IMG/VR virus record: IMGVR_UViG_3300018432_000015
Location: 1 to 57,400 of that record
Reading direction: 5' to 3' (one strand)
Length of the DNA stretch: 57,400 bases
From: a virus
Lineage: Duplodnaviria; Caudoviricetes
Under the pieces are notes generated by a model. The model worked only from the letters and a program-made list of their open reading frames with translations. It did no database searches and had not been told where the DNA came from. Both the position numbers and the translations under genes were made by a program. Below are positions 55,764 to 57,400 of this stretch, piece by piece (position 1 is the first letter of the stretch; each line of letters starts with the position of its first letter).

Positions 55764-55982
55764 ATGAAAATCAAGATAACACTGAAGCATCTCTTCATCG
55801 TATTGGGCGAAGGAGTCATCGATGTCGATCCATCGAGGCTATCATGCTCACCAAAAGAATTACGATCGGCAACAGCCCTAGAAAACGACGCGCATAAAGT
55901 AAAGCGATGGTTGCTGGAGATGGAGCAAGCAGCCAATGCTGGCCGAGACATCAGGATGCACCTCGAGCTCCTCGAGGATTAA
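55764..55982 (+). CDS. Hypothetical protein
   Basis: Stop abuts the primase ATG. Confidence 0.5.
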   Translation: MKIKITLKHLFIVLGEGVIDVDPSRLSCSPKELRSATALENDAHKVKRWLLEMEQAANAGRDIRMHLELLED

Positions 55983-57400
55983 ATGGCTCGGAAGCTGACG
56001 GAAATCTCGGTCATCGCTGAACTCGAACGCGCGGGCGTTTACTACGAGTACAGCGGCTCCGAAGACGTCAAGATCAAGTGTCCGTTTCACGACGATGAGA
56101 ATCCGTCGTGTGACGTTTCGATCCACAAGCGGCTTTTCAAATGCAAAGCCGCCGGCTGCCGTGTCAACAAAGGCGACATAGTCACGCTGCTATCGGGCAT
56201 CGTCAATCGTCCGAGAGCTGTCGTCCTTGAAGAACTGGCCACTCGCTATGACCTCGGCGACGTCAAGATCGTTGAGATGGAAGTGATCATGCGGTGGCAC
56301 GCGGCCATCTGGCCAGCCGGGCCGCTGCTGAGCGAACTGCGGAAGCGAGCCGTCACCGACGAGGACATCCGACAGTACTTCCTGGGCGAAGACCAGGGAC
56401 GCATAACGATACCAATCCCGAACGAGCGCGGCGACTACGTCAATGTGCGTCGCTATCTGCCCGGCGCACCCGGCAACGAGAAGATGAAGAACCTGCGTGG
56501 CCGTGGGTCCGCGCTGTGGTTCCCGGTCGAGCAGCTGAAGTACGATCACGTGCTGCTCTGCGGCGGCGAGATGAAAGCTATTGTAGCCGCCCGGCTGCTG
56601 AATCCGCACGGCATCGGCGCGGCGTGCATGACCCTCAACGAGGACTTGCTCCCGTCGCATCTGCTCAAGAAGCTGGCCGGAAAGCGAGTGGACGTCTGTT
56701 TCGACATCGACTCGCACGGTCGCATCGCCGCCGAGAAGAACTGCATCGCGCTGGTCCCGCTGGCTTCTGAGACGCATGACATACTGCTGCCGCTGGACAT
56801 CGAGAAGCATCCGAAAGGCGACATCAACGACTTCGTGGCAGAGGGCGGCGATCTATATGACTTGCTGCTGAAGAGCGATCCGTGGTCGGGTCCCGCGCGC
56901 GGCTTGCAGCTGCGCGACGAAGACCCGGTCAAGCTGCACATGTCTGAAGCAATACGCGCCAAGAACGCGGCCAGGCGAGTCTCGGTCACCGGCCTGGTCA
57001 CGGCCATGGTAGACGCGCCGTACGTCGTGCCCAAGACGGTCATCGTCAAATGCGATAAGTCCATGAACTTCTGCTCTCTCTGCCCAGTCTGGAACTCGAC
57101 CGATGCGAAGTTCGACATACATCCCGAGCACCCGGCGATTCTTTCGATGGTGTCGGCTACTAAGAGTCAGATTCCTGAGGCCATCATGGAGGGCGTCGGC
57201 ATCCCGCGAATGTGCCGCGTATGTGAGTTCGACGTCGAGAGCTATTTCAACGCCGAGGACGCACGACTGAGCCCGCAGCTCGAGATCACCGAGCGCGCAG
57301 CCGACCAGAAACTACAGCCAGCGATATGCATCGGAGAGGGACTCGAGCTCAACGAAGCGTACGAATTAGTTGGCCGGATGTACCCGCACCCGAAGACACA
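55983..57400 (+). CDS. Primase-helicase, N-terminal part (CHC2 Zn finger + TOPRIM); continues at position 1
   Basis: Not in ORF track (runs off the end). ATG 55983; CPFHDD…CKAAGC zinc finger, CFDID and KGDINDF TOPRIM-like motifs; no stop seen before the window end. Confidence 0.85.
   Translation, partial: MARKLTEISVIAELERAGVYYEYSGSEDVKIKCPFHDDENPSCDVSIHKRLFKCKAAGCRVNKGDIVTLLSGIVNRPRAVVLEELATRYDLGDVKIVEMEVIMRWHAAIWPAGPLLSELRKRAVTDEDIRQYFLGEDQGRITIPIPNERGDYVNVRRYLPGAPGNEKMKNLRGRGSALWFPVEQLKYDHVLLCGGEMKAIVAARLLNPHGIGAACMTLNEDLLPSHLLKKLAGKRVDVCFDIDSHGRIAAEKNCIALVPLASETHDILLPLDIEKHPKGDINDFVAEGGDLYDLLLKSDPWSGPARGLQLRDEDPVKLHMSEAIRAKNAARRVSVTGLVTAMVDAPYVVPKTVIVKCDKSMNFCSLCPVWNSTDAKFDIHPEHPAILSMVSATKSQIPEAIMEGVGIPRMCRVCEFDVESYFNAEDARLSPQLEITERAADQKLQPAICIGEGLELNEAYELVGRMYPHPKT
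57391..57400. repeat. 10-nt terminal overlap (CGAAGACACA) identical to positions 1-10; circular/permuted assembly of ~57,390 bp
   Basis: Exact match of both ends; the reading frame continues in frame across the join (…MYPHPKT|QQSTLLISKY…). Confidence 0.9.

Overview
This window is an apparently complete, circular ~57.39-kb high-GC dsDNA tailed-phage genome. The last 10 nt repeat the first 10 nt, and a primase-helicase ORF reads in frame across the join. All credible genes are on the + strand. I saw no integrase, repressor, tRNA or CRISPR array, so the phage is probably lytic; a Planctomycetota-like host is inferred only from gene content. Replication and nucleotide-modification module (49.8 kb through the join to 7.9 kb): SNF2 helicase, SSB, primase-MCM fusion, Nudix hydrolase, deviant C5-cytosine MTase-like protein, Asp-type (dCMP-specific) thymidylate-synthase homolog, HNH, dNMP kinase and PolA. 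Early/middle region (8.2-22.5 kb): sigma70-type promoters, a type II hammerhead ribozyme, ligase, ThyX, a T4-AGT-like glycosyltransferase, CsrA, VRR-NUC, a UDG-like protein and an ECF-like sigma factor. Adhesin/fibre and envelope-peptidase block (22.6-33.9 kb): LamG-Fn3 protein, 20-aa-repeat protein, MMP-like and papain-like peptidases. Head and non-contractile tail genes (33.9-49.7 kb), including a MuF protein carrying both a kinase-like and an ADP-ribosyltransferase domain. The strongest candidate for a new system is a cytosine hypermodification pathway whose C5-MTase homolog naturally has Lys at the motif X Asn position, the change that makes engineered MTases transfer carboxymethyl groups. 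All family calls are from motif recognition by eye; no searches were run.
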